A stretch of 45,052 nucleotides of DNA from Actinomycetota bacterium (GCA_036389535.1 DASVPT010000216.1:1-45052); one strand, 5' to 3'; numbered from the stretch's first letter, positions 1 through 8,225 are shown. Made by a program: numbers and translations. The notes: generated by a model not told the origin, from the sequence alone.

Positions 1-1443
1 CGGGCCGGCCACGACCTCGCCGGACCGGCCGTCCACCGTCACCACGACCACCACGATTCCGTCGTCGGCGAGCTTCCTCCGGTCGCGAAGGACCACCGCG
101 CCCACATCGCCGATGCCGAGCCCATCCACGAACGTCATCCCGGCCGGGATGGGGTCGCCTCTTCGCATCTCTTCCCCCAGCTCGATGGTGTCTCCGTCGT
201 CGACGATGAAAACTCGATCCTCCGGAATCCCCACCTCGTTGGCGAGGCGGGCGTTGTGCGCGAGATGCCGCCGCTCGCCGTGGACCGGAATGAACCACCG
301 TGGGCGGATCAGGCTCAGCATGAACTTCAGCTCCTCCGCCGCGGCGTGACCGGAGACGTGGACCGGCGCCGTCGGGACGTGAAAGACCTGAGCGCCGGTG
401 CGATAGAGGCCGTCGACGGTTCGATGGATCGACGGCTCGTTGCCCGGGATCGCCGAGGAGGCCAGGATCACGGCGTCGCCGTGTTTCAGCCGAACCCATT
501 TGTGCTCGTGCGCCGCCATGAGCGAGAGCGCAGACAGCGGCTCTCCCTGAGAGCCGGTCGAGCAGACCACCACCTCCCGGGGATCGATCTCCTTCAAGGC
601 CTCGATCGGAATCACCGACTCCTCCGGAACGTCGAGGTAGCCGAGCTCCCGGGCGGCCGCCACGCTCTGGTGCATGCTCCGGCCCAGGAAGGCGACCTTC
701 CGGTTGGCTCTCACGGCCGCTCGGACCACCTGCTGGATGCGGTGAATGTGACTCGCGAAGCACGCCACCACCACGAGCCGGGGCGCGTCCCGGATGATCT
801 CGTAGAGAACCGGACCAACTTCGCGCTCGCTCCCCGTGGTGCCGGGCTCCTCCGCGTTGGTCGAATCGGCCAAGAACACGTGGACGCCGCGGGCCGCCTC
901 GGACCCCAAACCCTGCAGGTCGGTGGCCCGGTCGTCGATCGGCGTCGGGTCGAGCTTGAAGTCTCCCGAATGGAGCAGCGTTCCCGCGGGAAGGTCGATC
1001 GCCACGGCGACGCCGTCGGGAATGGAGTGCGAGACGCGGTAGAACCGCATGGTGAAGGGCCCGGTTCGAACCTCCTGGCGCGGGACGATCTCCCGAAACT
1101 CAGCGCGGTCGCGGACCCGGTGCTCCTCGAGCTTCCCCTGGAGGAGCGCCAGCGTCAGCTTGGTTCCGTAGATCGGAAGCGAGAATTCGCGGAGCAGGTA
1201 CGGGACGGCGCCGATGTGATCCTCGTGTCCGTGCGTGAGCACCACCGCGTGCACGCGGTCGCGGTTTTCCCGCAAGTACTGAAAGTCCGGAAGCACCAGG
1301 TCGATCCCGGGCATGTCGATCTCTGGAAACGAAAGGCCCGCGTCGATCAGCAGAATGCGGCCTTCCATTTCCAGCGCGGCCATATTCCTTCCGATCTCGC
1401 CCAGGCCGCCAAGGAACGCGAGACGGGGATCGTCGTTCGGCAT
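1..1443 (-). CDS. rnj: Ribonuclease J (metallo-beta-lactamase / beta-CASP RNase). The C-terminus runs off the window start.
   Basis: This gene is not in the ORF track because it has no stop inside the window. My manual reverse translation from the ATG at 1443..1441 gives MPNDDPRLAFLGGLGEIGRNMAALE...VVLTHGHEDHIGAVPYL...GDFKLDPTP..., with the HxHxDH motif and RNase J-like sequence throughout. The listed plus-strand ORF 256..1446 is its Arg-rich antisense shadow. Confidence 0.9.
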   Translation of the reverse strand, partial: MPNDDPRLAFLGGLGEIGRNMAALEMEGRILLIDAGLSFPEIDMPGIDLVLPDFQYLRENRDRVHAVVLTHGHEDHIGAVPYLLREFSLPIYGTKLTLALLQGKLEEHRVRDRAEFREIVPRQEVRTGPFTMRFYRVSHSIPDGVAVAIDLPAGTLLHSGDFKLDPTPIDDRATDLQGLGSEAARGVHVFLADSTNAEEPGTTGSEREVGPVLYEIIRDAPRLVVVACFASHIHRIQQVVRAAVRANRKVAFLGRSMHQSVAAARELGYLDVPEESVIPIEALKEIDPREVVVCSTGSQGEPLSALSLMAAHEHKWVRLKHGDAVILASSAIPGNEPSIHRTVDGLYRTGAQVFHVPTAPVHVSGHAAAEELKFMLSLIRPRWFIPVHGERRHLAHNARLANEVGIPEDRVFIVDDGDTIELGEEMRRGDPIPAGMTFVDGLGIGDVGAVVLRDRRKLADDGIVVVVVTVDGRSGEVVAGP

Positions 1444-1479
1444 TAGGGCGATTATCGAGCCCAACTATGCGCAGTTCCA

Positions 1480-1494
1480 GTGTCCTCAGGACAC
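1480..1494. promoter_or_regulatory. Perfect 15-bp palindrome in the divergent rnj / adenosyltransferase intergenic region (candidate operator).
   Basis: The sequence is GTGTCCT-C-AGGACAC, with 7-bp arms. It is flanked by direct AACTAT repeats at 1463-1468 and 1496-1501, and lies between candidate -10 boxes GATAAT (minus strand, 1451-1456) and TATCCT (plus strand, 1499-1504). Confidence 0.35.
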
Positions 1495-1512
1495 GAACTA
1501 TCCTGTGGCCCG

Positions 1513-2073
1513 GTGCGGATCTACACGAAGACCGGCGATGACGGGACCACCGGGCTCCTCTACGGCGGCCGCATCTCCAAGGCCGACGCTGCAACGGAGG
1601 CCTACGGGACCGTGGACGAAGCGGTCGCGGCGCTCGGTGTGGCCCGAGCTCACGCGCATGACGATGACGTCAAGTCCCTGATCCTGAAGCTCCAGCGAGA
1701 CCTGTTCGTGGTCGGGGCGGATCTCGCCACGAACCCGGAACACCGGGAGCGCCTTCAGCGGGGCGTCTCGTTGGTCGACGCCGCGATGGTGCAGGATCTC
1801 GAATCGAAGATCGACGAGCTCGTGGCGAGGCATCCGCTTCCTCGCGAGTTCATCGTTCCCGGGGCCAATCCGGTTTCCGCGGCCCTGGACGTGGCTCGTT
1901 CGACCGTTCGTCGCGCCGAGCGCCGCTCCGTCGAGATGCGCGATGCCGGAAGAACGGTGAGTGGGGACGCCCTGAAATTCCTGAATCGCCTCTCGGACTT
2001 GCTGTTCGTGATCGCCAGGTGGCAGGCCGGCGAGTCCGAGGAACCCAGCCGGCCGAAGTCGAAGGATTCGTGA
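1513..2073 (+). CDS. ATP:cob(I)alamin adenosyltransferase, PduO type.
   Basis: ORF 1480..2073 contains VRIYTKTGDDGTTGLLYG, the canonical PduO-type N-terminus. I place the start at the in-frame GTG at 1513. A TATCCT -10-like box lies 8 nt upstream, so the mRNA may be leaderless. An alternative start at 1480 is possible. Confidence 0.8.
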   Translation: MRIYTKTGDDGTTGLLYGGRISKADAATEAYGTVDEAVAALGVARAHAHDDDVKSLILKLQRDLFVVGADLATNPEHRERLQRGVSLVDAAMVQDLESKIDELVARHPLPREFIVPGANPVSAALDVARSTVRRAERRSVEMRDAGRTVSGDALKFLNRLSDLLFVIARWQAGESEEPSRPKSKDS

Positions 2074-2090
2074 GAAGAGCGGAGGTCGCG

Positions 2091-2405
2091 ATGTTCAAGG
2101 TCCACATTTGGCTGCGGAAGAAGGATGAGATGTCGGCCCAGGAGTTCCGAAGCTACTGGGAGCGGCAGCACGCCCCGATCGCGCGCGAGGGCTACCCCAA
2201 CCTCAAGGGCTACGTGGTGAACGTGGTGACGCGGGTGCCCCAAGGTCAGGAGGCGCCCTACGACGGCGTGGCCGAGCTGTCGTGGGACTCCCGAGATGAT
2301 TTCTCCGCCGACATGAAGAGCGAGGCAGCGGCTCGCGGCGCCGAGGACCAGTTCACCAGCGCGTCGGGTCTTCTGTTCGTCGAGCAGTTCGACGCGAAGT
2401 CCTGA
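2091..2405 (+). CDS. EthD-domain protein (small dimeric alpha/beta-barrel family).
   Basis: The ATG at 2091 is preceded by GGAGG at 2081-2085. The sequence MFKVHIWLRKKDEMSAQEFRSYWERQHAPI... is typical of EthD / DUF1330-like proteins. The upstream part of ORF 2019..2405 overlaps the previous gene and I discount it. Confidence 0.7.
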   Translation: MFKVHIWLRKKDEMSAQEFRSYWERQHAPIAREGYPNLKGYVVNVVTRVPQGQEAPYDGVAELSWDSRDDFSADMKSEAAARGAEDQFTSASGLLFVEQFDAKS

Positions 2406-2411
2406 GGAGCT

Positions 2412-3200
2412 TCAGGCCGGTTTCTCGTCCAGCCCCTCGAACAGGTCGGAACCGGGCCCCTCGGCAGAGCCGCGCTGGGGCCACGCCCGGACGAAGTATT
2501 CGCGCGAGAACATGGCCTTCACGAGCTCGTCGGGCAATCCCTGGAGCTCGTTCGATTGCGTCGCGTGCGCGCGGATCGCTTCGAGCTTCCGATCGATGAC
2601 GCTCGAGCAGTCGATCCGAACCGCGATGGTCTCGTCCGGAACGCCTCGCGGCCGAAACGGATCGCCTGGATTGCCGACGTCGATCCCGGCCTGCCGGGCG
2701 AAACCGTAGAACAGGTCGAGATCCGATTGCGCCACGGAGTTGTAGAACAGCCGCTGGAACTGCCCGGGACCGGCTCGCCCCCGCGCATCGTGGAATGCCG
2801 TTGTGGCGACCTCACCGATTGTGACGTGGTCGGAGTGGCCGGTGACCCCCTCCGGGCCGAACGTCACGACCACCTCCGGACCCGCCTCGATCAGAAGGTC
2901 CATCACCTTCGCCACCAACTCGTCCCGCGGTGCCTCCGCCAACCCCATGTCCGGATAACGAAGGAAGTGGATGTTCGCATCGCTCTTCCCAACCGCGGCA
3001 AGCGCGTTTCGTTCCTCGTGCTCGCGAACCTCGCCGAGGTTCTCCTTCGTGGCGAGCGTGGGCTCGCTGATCATTCCGGCGTCCCCGCTTGTAGCCACGA
3101 TAACCGTGTACTCACAATCGGGATTGAGCGCCAGCGTGCCCGCCAGGCCGAACGTGTCGTCGTCCGGATGGGCGAAGACCGCGGCCAGACGGTGCGCCAT
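2412..3200 (-). CDS. PIG-L / LmbE family N-acetylglucosaminyl deacetylase (MshB/Mca-like).
   Basis: The N-terminal AVFAHPDDDTFG zinc-binding motif and a later HSDH motif are present. The start codon abuts the dapB stop (TAG then ATG with no spacer). Confidence 0.8.
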   Translation of the reverse strand: MAHRLAAVFAHPDDDTFGLAGTLALNPDCEYTVIVATSGDAGMISEPTLATKENLGEVREHEERNALAAVGKSDANIHFLRYPDMGLAEAPRDELVAKVMDLLIEAGPEVVVTFGPEGVTGHSDHVTIGEVATTAFHDARGRAGPGQFQRLFYNSVAQSDLDLFYGFARQAGIDVGNPGDPFRPRGVPDETIAVRIDCSSVIDRKLEAIRAHATQSNELQGLPDELVKAMFSREYFVRAWPQRGSAEGPGSDLFEGLDEKPA

Positions 3201-4010
3201 CTACAAATCGAGCGCAGGGAGGTCGAGCAGGGGCTCGAGTCCGACCGTGAGCCCGGGATGGTGAACCACCGACTTGATGGCGAGGATCACGCCCGGCATG
3301 AACGACTCGCGCTGCATGGAATCGTGCCGGATGGTGAGCGTCTGGCCGGCGCCGCCGAAGATCACCTCTTGGTGCGCGACCAGGCCGGGAAGGCGAACCG
3401 AGTGAATCCGAATGCCCTCGACGTCGCCGCCGCGAACCCCGCTCAACGTTTCGCCCGCCGGTCCCTTCCACGCCTCGCCGCGTGCCTCGGCCATCCGCTC
3501 GGCCGTGGCCAACGCCGTGCCCGATGGAGCGTCTGCCTTTCCCTCGTGATGCAGCTCGATGATCTCCGCCGCCGGGAAATACCGTGAGGCGAGGGCAGCG
3601 AAAAGCTGCAACAGCACGGCGCCGATGGCGAAGTTCGGCGCGACGATGACGTTGGACTCGTTGCCTTCGGCCCCGATGAGCCGCTCGATCTCGGCAAGAT
3701 CGTCGGGCCCAATGCCGGTGGTTCCCACGACCATGTGAATGGCGTGCTCGATCCCCCACCGGATGTTCGACATGACGGCGGACGGCGTCGTGAAGTCGAC
3801 CACCACCTCGCACTCGGCCTGGAGCAACGTCTCGCGATCATCCGAGATCCGAACGTCGATCTCCGGGTGCCCGATCATGACGCCGAGGTGCTCGCCGTCG
3901 AACGTGGGGTTGACCGCCGCCGCGAGGACGAGCTCTGGATCTTCGGCGATCGCTTTGGAGGCCAGCCGGCCCATCCGTCCGGCCGCCCCGAGGACGCCGA
4001 CTCGTGTCAC
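3201..4010 (-). CDS. dapB: 4-hydroxy-tetrahydrodipicolinate reductase.
   Basis: It carries VGVLGAAGRMGR, the GAAGRMG Rossmann motif, and a DapB-like C-terminal tetramerisation region. The GTG start overlaps the upstream stop (GTGA). Confidence 0.92.
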   Translation of the reverse strand: MTRVGVLGAAGRMGRLASKAIAEDPELVLAAAVNPTFDGEHLGVMIGHPEIDVRISDDRETLLQAECEVVVDFTTPSAVMSNIRWGIEHAIHMVVGTTGIGPDDLAEIERLIGAEGNESNVIVAPNFAIGAVLLQLFAALASRYFPAAEIIELHHEGKADAPSGTALATAERMAEARGEAWKGPAGETLSGVRGGDVEGIRIHSVRLPGLVAHQEVIFGGAGQTLTIRHDSMQRESFMPGVILAIKSVVHHPGLTVGLEPLLDLPALDL

Positions 4011-5428
4011 CCGGTTGGGCCGGAGCCGCCGGTTTCCTGACCGGCGCCGTCGTCCTGCAGCTTCACATCGCCGCTGAGCTCGGCGAACGCATCGTCCTCG
4101 AACGGCCCCACCACTGTGAGGGTCAGCGGCCTGGTGAAGTACTCCTTTGCCACCCGCTCCGCGTCCTCCGCCGTTACGGCCTCGGTTCGTTCGATCACCT
4201 CGTCGACCGAAAGAATCTCGCCCTGGCTGATCTCCGAACGGCCGATCCGGGACATCCTGCCGCTGGTGTCCTCCAGGGACAGCACGAACGACCCCTTGAG
4301 ATGCCCCTTCGCCCGTTCGAGCTCATCGCCCTTCAGGCCGCCGGTGCCGATGTCCTCGAGCTCCCGGCGAATGACGGACAAGACCTCGGACGCCCTCGAC
4401 GGCGTGGTCCCGGCATAGACCGTGAACAGTCCGGTCTCGGCGAACATGGAGTGGTAGCTGTAGATCGAATACGCGAGCCCACGCTTCTCGCGAACCTCCT
4501 GGAACAGCCTCGAGGACATCCCGCCTCCCAGCGCCGAGTTCACCACGCCGAACGCGAACCGGTCGTTGTCCTTTCGCGACGGCGCGCTGGTCCCAAGGGC
4601 GATGTGCGCCTGCTCGGTCGTCCGGTGGCGAACCGCGTTCTTTCCCGAGACCGGCGGAATGTCTCCGCCCGTTCGAACCTGCGGCGTGAGGCTGCTCGAG
4701 CGCTTCGGTCCGGTGTTCATGTGCCGTTCGACCTCGGCGCACAGGTCCTCGTGCTTGAAGTTTCCGGCCGCGGCGATCACGAAGTGCGCCGGCTCGTAGA
4801 GGCGGCGATAGAAATCGTTGATCTGATCCCGGGAGACTCCGCTGATCGTCTCCTTCGTTCCAAGGACGGGCCGCCCCAACGGATGCCCCTCCCAAACCGT
4901 GGCCGCGAAGACGTCGTGGATGAGATCGTCGGGCGCGTCCTCTTGCCGGTTGATCTCCTCGAGGATTACCATGCGCTCGGCGTCGAAGTCGTCCTCGCGC
5001 AGCACCGAGTTCTGGAGCATGTCGCTCATGAACTCGACCGCCATCGGGAGGTCTTCGTCCCGGACGCGGCAGTAGTAGCACGTGTATTCCTTCGCGGTGA
5101 AGGCGTTCAGATCTCCGCCAACCGCGTCGAACGCCTCGGCGATCTCACGAGCGCTGCGCGTTTCGGTCCCCTTGAAGAGCAGGTGCTCCAGGAAGTGCGA
5201 CGCGCCCGCGATCTCGTGAGGCTCGTCGCGCGAACCGACATCGACCCAAACGCCAAGCGCGACGGAGCGCATCTCCGGCATCTCTTCGCTGATGACGCGG
5301 AGACCGGATTCGTATTCCGTTCGCGAGAGCCCGGCCTGGGCAGCGCGGCGGGCCGTCTCGGACGTGGCGTCGGCCGCTGCCACCGCGGCGTCATCCACCG
5401 TGTTCTCGCGGTCGGCCGACCCAATCAC
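4007..5428 (-). CDS. M16 (pitrilysin/insulinase) family zinc peptidase.
   Basis: It has the inverted zincin motif HFLEHLLFKGT (HxxEH) and occupies the usual pnp-downstream position. The start is uncertain; the GTG at 5428 overlaps the pnp stop. Confidence 0.88.
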   Translation of the reverse strand: MIGSADRENTVDDAAVAAADATSETARRAAQAGLSRTEYESGLRVISEEMPEMRSVALGVWVDVGSRDEPHEIAGASHFLEHLLFKGTETRSAREIAEAFDAVGGDLNAFTAKEYTCYYCRVRDEDLPMAVEFMSDMLQNSVLREDDFDAERMVILEEINRQEDAPDDLIHDVFAATVWEGHPLGRPVLGTKETISGVSRDQINDFYRRLYEPAHFVIAAAGNFKHEDLCAEVERHMNTGPKRSSSLTPQVRTGGDIPPVSGKNAVRHRTTEQAHIALGTSAPSRKDNDRFAFGVVNSALGGGMSSRLFQEVREKRGLAYSIYSYHSMFAETGLFTVYAGTTPSRASEVLSVIRRELEDIGTGGLKGDELERAKGHLKGSFVLSLEDTSGRMSRIGRSEISQGEILSVDEVIERTEAVTAEDAERVAKEYFTRPLTLTVVGPFEDDAFAELSGDVKLQDDGAGQETGGSGPTG

Positions 5429-7746
5429 GGCTCTCGACGCTCCCGGCCCCCGCCTCGACCGCCCTCGCGGCGGCCGCCCTCGCGCCGCGGCCGAAAGCCG
5501 CCCCGGTCCCGGTCACGCCCGCGGTCGCCGGCCTGGTCCCGCGGACCCCTGCGCTCGCGGTCACCGTCGCCGGATTCGATGCGGGGCCAGCCACCTTCCG
5601 GCGGGTCCCATCCCTCGCCGACCGGCTTCAGGCTGATCTTGCCCTGCGGGTCAATGTCCTCGACCTCGACGGTGAGCTTGTCGCCCACGTTGACCGCCTC
5701 TTCGACGGAGGAGAGGCGGCGTCCACGGCCGAGCTTCGAGATGTGCACGAGGCCGTCACGCGCCGGCGTGATGTTGACGAACGCCCCAAACGTGGTGGTC
5801 TTCACCACCGTTCCGTCGTAGCGCTCGCCAACCTCCGGTAGTCGCGGATTGACGATCTCGTTGATCATGTGCACCGCCCGCTCGGCACCGTCGGCTTCGC
5901 GGGACCCGATGAAGACCCGGCCGTCGTCCTCGATGTCGATGTCCGCGCCCGTCGTCGCGATGATCTCGTTGATCCGCTTGCCCTTCGGACCGATGACCTC
6001 GCCGATCTTGTCGACCGGCACGGTGATGGTGATGACGCGAGGGGCTTTCATGGTGAGCGCCTCACGCGGCGCGGCGATGGTGCGACCCATGGCATCAAGG
6101 ATGATCATTCGGGCGTCCTTCGCCTGCTTCAATGCGCCGGACAGCACCTCGGCCGGAAGGCCGGTGACCTTGGTGTCGAGCTGAAGCGCCGTCACGAACT
6201 CACGTGTCCCGGCGACCTTGAAGTCCATGTCGCCGAGGGCGTCTTCCGCCCCCAGGATGTCCGTCAGGGTCACGTACTCGCCGTTCTCCGCGATCATCCC
6301 CATGGCCACCCCGCCCACCGGGGCCTTGATCGGAACGCCAGCGTCCATGAGCGAAAGGGTCGAGGCGCATACGCTCGCCATCGAGGTCGACCCGTTCGAC
6401 TCCAGGACGTCGGAGACCAGTCGCAGCGTGTACGGAAAGTCCTCTTCGGATGGAACCACGGGGACCAGCGCGCGTTCGGCGAGCGCGCCGTGGCCGATCT
6501 CCCGTCGCCGGGGCCCACCCATACGTCCGGTCTCCCCCGTCGAAAAAGGCGGGAAGTTGTAGTGGTGGATGTAGCGCTTGGAGTCCTCGGGATCGAGCGT
6601 GTCGATGATCTGCGTCATTCGCAGCATCCCGAGCGTGGTCACGGTGAGGACCTGCGTCTCACCACGCTGGAAGAGCCCGGACCCGTGGGCCCGCGGGATG
6701 ATCCCCACCTCAGAGGAGAGCGGACGGATCTCATCCGGCTTGCGCCCGTCCAGGCGGACGCCTTCCTCGATCACCCTGCGGCGCATCGCCTTCTTCTGGA
6801 GCTCCTTGAACGCGGGGCCGATCTGGTTGGCACGCTCGGCGTACGCGTCGCCCCAACGCTCCTGAAGGTGCTGCTTGGTTTCCTCCTTCAGCGCGTCGAG
6901 CTTTTCCTCGCGGTCGTGCTTGGCGGGAACCAGCGCGTCGCGAAGCTTCGGTCCGGCGAACGACTCGACCTCGCTCCAGACCTCGTCGTCGAAGATCGGC
7001 CGCGGCTCGAACGGCTTGGGAGTCACTCCAGCCTGCGTGATGACTTCGCGCTGCAGTTCGATCAGCTCGGCGATGTGGTTCTTGGCGACGTCGAGCCCCT
7101 CGCCGGCGACCTCCTCCGTCGGGGCCCTCTCGCCATCCGCGACGCGCGTCCACGCCCCTTCAGGAGCTTCGCCCTCAACCATCAGGATGTCGACCGTGCC
7201 CTGGTCGTTCTGCCGGCCGGCGACCACCATGTCGAACGTGGCCAGGTCCAGCTCCTGATACGTCGGGTTGACCTTCCACTGGCCGCCGATCAACGCGACC
7301 CGAACCGCTCCGACCGGACCATCGAACGGTAGCCCGGCAAGGCACACCGCCAGGCTGGCGCCGTTGATCGTGGGGATGTCGTACAGGTTGGCCATGTCGG
7401 CGGAAAGCACGGTGACGACGACGTGAACGTCGTCCCGGTATCCCTCCCGGAATGTCGGACGAAGCGGCCGGTCGGTGAGCCGGGCGGTGAGAATGGCCGT
7501 CTCCGACGGTCGTCCCTCGCGGCGGAAGAACCCGCCGGGGATCTTGCCCGCCGCGTACATCCGCTCCTCGACGTCGACGGTGAGCGGGAAGAAGTCCAGT
7601 CCTTCACGAGGTGGGGCGCTCGTGCACGTCGCGAGCACCTGGGTCTCTCCCAGCGTCACCACGCACGAACCCCCGGCCTGCTTGGCCAGCTTGCCGCTCT
7701 CGATGGCGAATTCGGCTCCGCCAATGCTTCTGGTTGCTCTGATCAT
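5425..7746 (-). CDS. pnp: Polyribonucleotide nucleotidyltransferase (PNPase) with an Arg/Gly-rich C-terminal tail.
   Basis: 773 aa. Two RNase PH-like halves are visible (FPPFSTGE, GHGALAERAL), followed by KH (GPKGKRINEI) and S1 (GTVVKTTTFGAFV) domains. An AAGGAGGA Shine-Dalgarno lies 7 nt upstream of the ATG. Confidence 0.97.
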   Translation of the reverse strand: MIRATRSIGGAEFAIESGKLAKQAGGSCVVTLGETQVLATCTSAPPREGLDFFPLTVDVEERMYAAGKIPGGFFRREGRPSETAILTARLTDRPLRPTFREGYRDDVHVVVTVLSADMANLYDIPTINGASLAVCLAGLPFDGPVGAVRVALIGGQWKVNPTYQELDLATFDMVVAGRQNDQGTVDILMVEGEAPEGAWTRVADGERAPTEEVAGEGLDVAKNHIAELIELQREVITQAGVTPKPFEPRPIFDDEVWSEVESFAGPKLRDALVPAKHDREEKLDALKEETKQHLQERWGDAYAERANQIGPAFKELQKKAMRRRVIEEGVRLDGRKPDEIRPLSSEVGIIPRAHGSGLFQRGETQVLTVTTLGMLRMTQIIDTLDPEDSKRYIHHYNFPPFSTGETGRMGGPRRREIGHGALAERALVPVVPSEEDFPYTLRLVSDVLESNGSTSMASVCASTLSLMDAGVPIKAPVGGVAMGMIAENGEYVTLTDILGAEDALGDMDFKVAGTREFVTALQLDTKVTGLPAEVLSGALKQAKDARMIILDAMGRTIAAPREALTMKAPRVITITVPVDKIGEVIGPKGKRINEIIATTGADIDIEDDGRVFIGSREADGAERAVHMINEIVNPRLPEVGERYDGTVVKTTTFGAFVNITPARDGLVHISKLGRGRRLSSVEEAVNVGDKLTVEVEDIDPQGKISLKPVGEGWDPPEGGWPRIESGDGDRERRGPRDQAGDRGRDRDRGGFRPRREGGRREGGRGGGRERREP

Positions 7747-7753
7747 GAGGATC

Positions 7754-7881
7754 CTCCTTGAACTGGCCGCCGAAGCGACCGGGTTTCTGGTTCAAGGAGC
7801 GTGGCGGCTGTCTCGCCAGTTCTCAGTGGTGGACTCCGGAAGTCTCCCCTCCGGGCTCCGCCACTGATAACTGGCAGCCGC
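7754..7881 (-). promoter_or_regulatory. Structured pnp 5' leader made of two hairpins.
   Basis: Hairpin 1 is a perfect 10-bp stem (7754-7763 pairing with 7790-7799) that buries the pnp Shine-Dalgarno. Hairpin 2 is a long irregular stem spanning 7804-7881, with arms 7804-7839 and 7851-7881. I wrote out the base-pairing by hand: about 26 Watson-Crick pairs interrupted by bulges. Confidence 0.6.
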
Positions 7882-7913
7882 TTCGCTCCTGGTGCTTCTT
7901 GCTTCCACCTCCT

Positions 7914-7943
7914 CCTAAAGAAGAGGCGGCCGCATGGCCGCCT
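7914..7943 (-). terminator. Intrinsic terminator / attenuator after rpsO.
   Basis: The minus-strand RNA reads AGGCGGCC-AUGC-GGCCGCCU (8-bp GC stem, 4-nt loop) followed by CUUCUUUA. It begins 13 nt after the rpsO stop. The U tract is imperfect, so partial read-through into pnp is plausible. Confidence 0.5.
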
Positions 7944-7955
7944 TGGGTCGAGCGA

Positions 7956-8225
7956 TCAGCGCCTCAAACCGAGGCGAGAGATCAGCGACCGGTACCGTTC
8001 AACGTCCTCACGCCGCACGTAGTCCAGCAGGCGGCGGCGCTTTCCGACCATCTGGAGGAGGCCGCGTCGCGAGTGATGGTCCTTCCCGTGCGTCCTGAGG
8101 TGCTCGGTCAGCGAATCGATGCGCCGGGTGAGAATGGCGATCTGGACCTCGGGCGAGCCAGTATCCGACTCGCCCCTCTTGTATTCGCTGATCAGCGTGG
8201 ATTTCTGCTCTTTCAGTAGCGCCAT
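7956..8225 (-). CDS. rpsO: 30S ribosomal protein S15.
   Basis: 89 aa. [36 protein letters not shown]...[16 protein letters not shown] is canonical S15. Confidence 0.97.
   Translation of the reverse strand: MALLKEQKSTLISEYKRGESDTGSPEVQIAILTRRIDSLTEHLRTHGKDHHSRRGLLQMVGKRRRLLDYVRREDVERYRSLISRLGLRR

Noticed and set aside
256-1446. A 396-aa plus-strand ORF covering most of the first 1.4 kb.
   Set aside because: It is Arg-rich, low-complexity, motif-free sequence. The opposite strand encodes an unmistakable RNase J (HGHEDH, beta-CASP) with high third-position G/C. Long antisense ORFs are expected in high-G+C DNA because stop codons are AT-rich.
4004-5821. A 605-aa plus-strand ORF antisense to the M16 peptidase and the pnp 3' end.
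   Set aside because: It is the same kind of antisense shadow: R/P/G/A-rich, with no motifs, and it overlaps two well-supported genes.
7795-7908. A 38-codon GTG-initiated upstream ORF in the pnp leader. Its TGA (7794..7792) falls inside the anti-SD arm, which suggested uORF-mediated unmasking of the pnp Shine-Dalgarno.
   Set aside because: The GGAGG core ends only 2 nt before the GTG, which is too close for normal initiation. Its codon usage is poor for this genome (AGA, AGT, TAT, CTT, ACT). It spans the long stem, which is better explained as RNA structure. I keep it only as a remote possibility.
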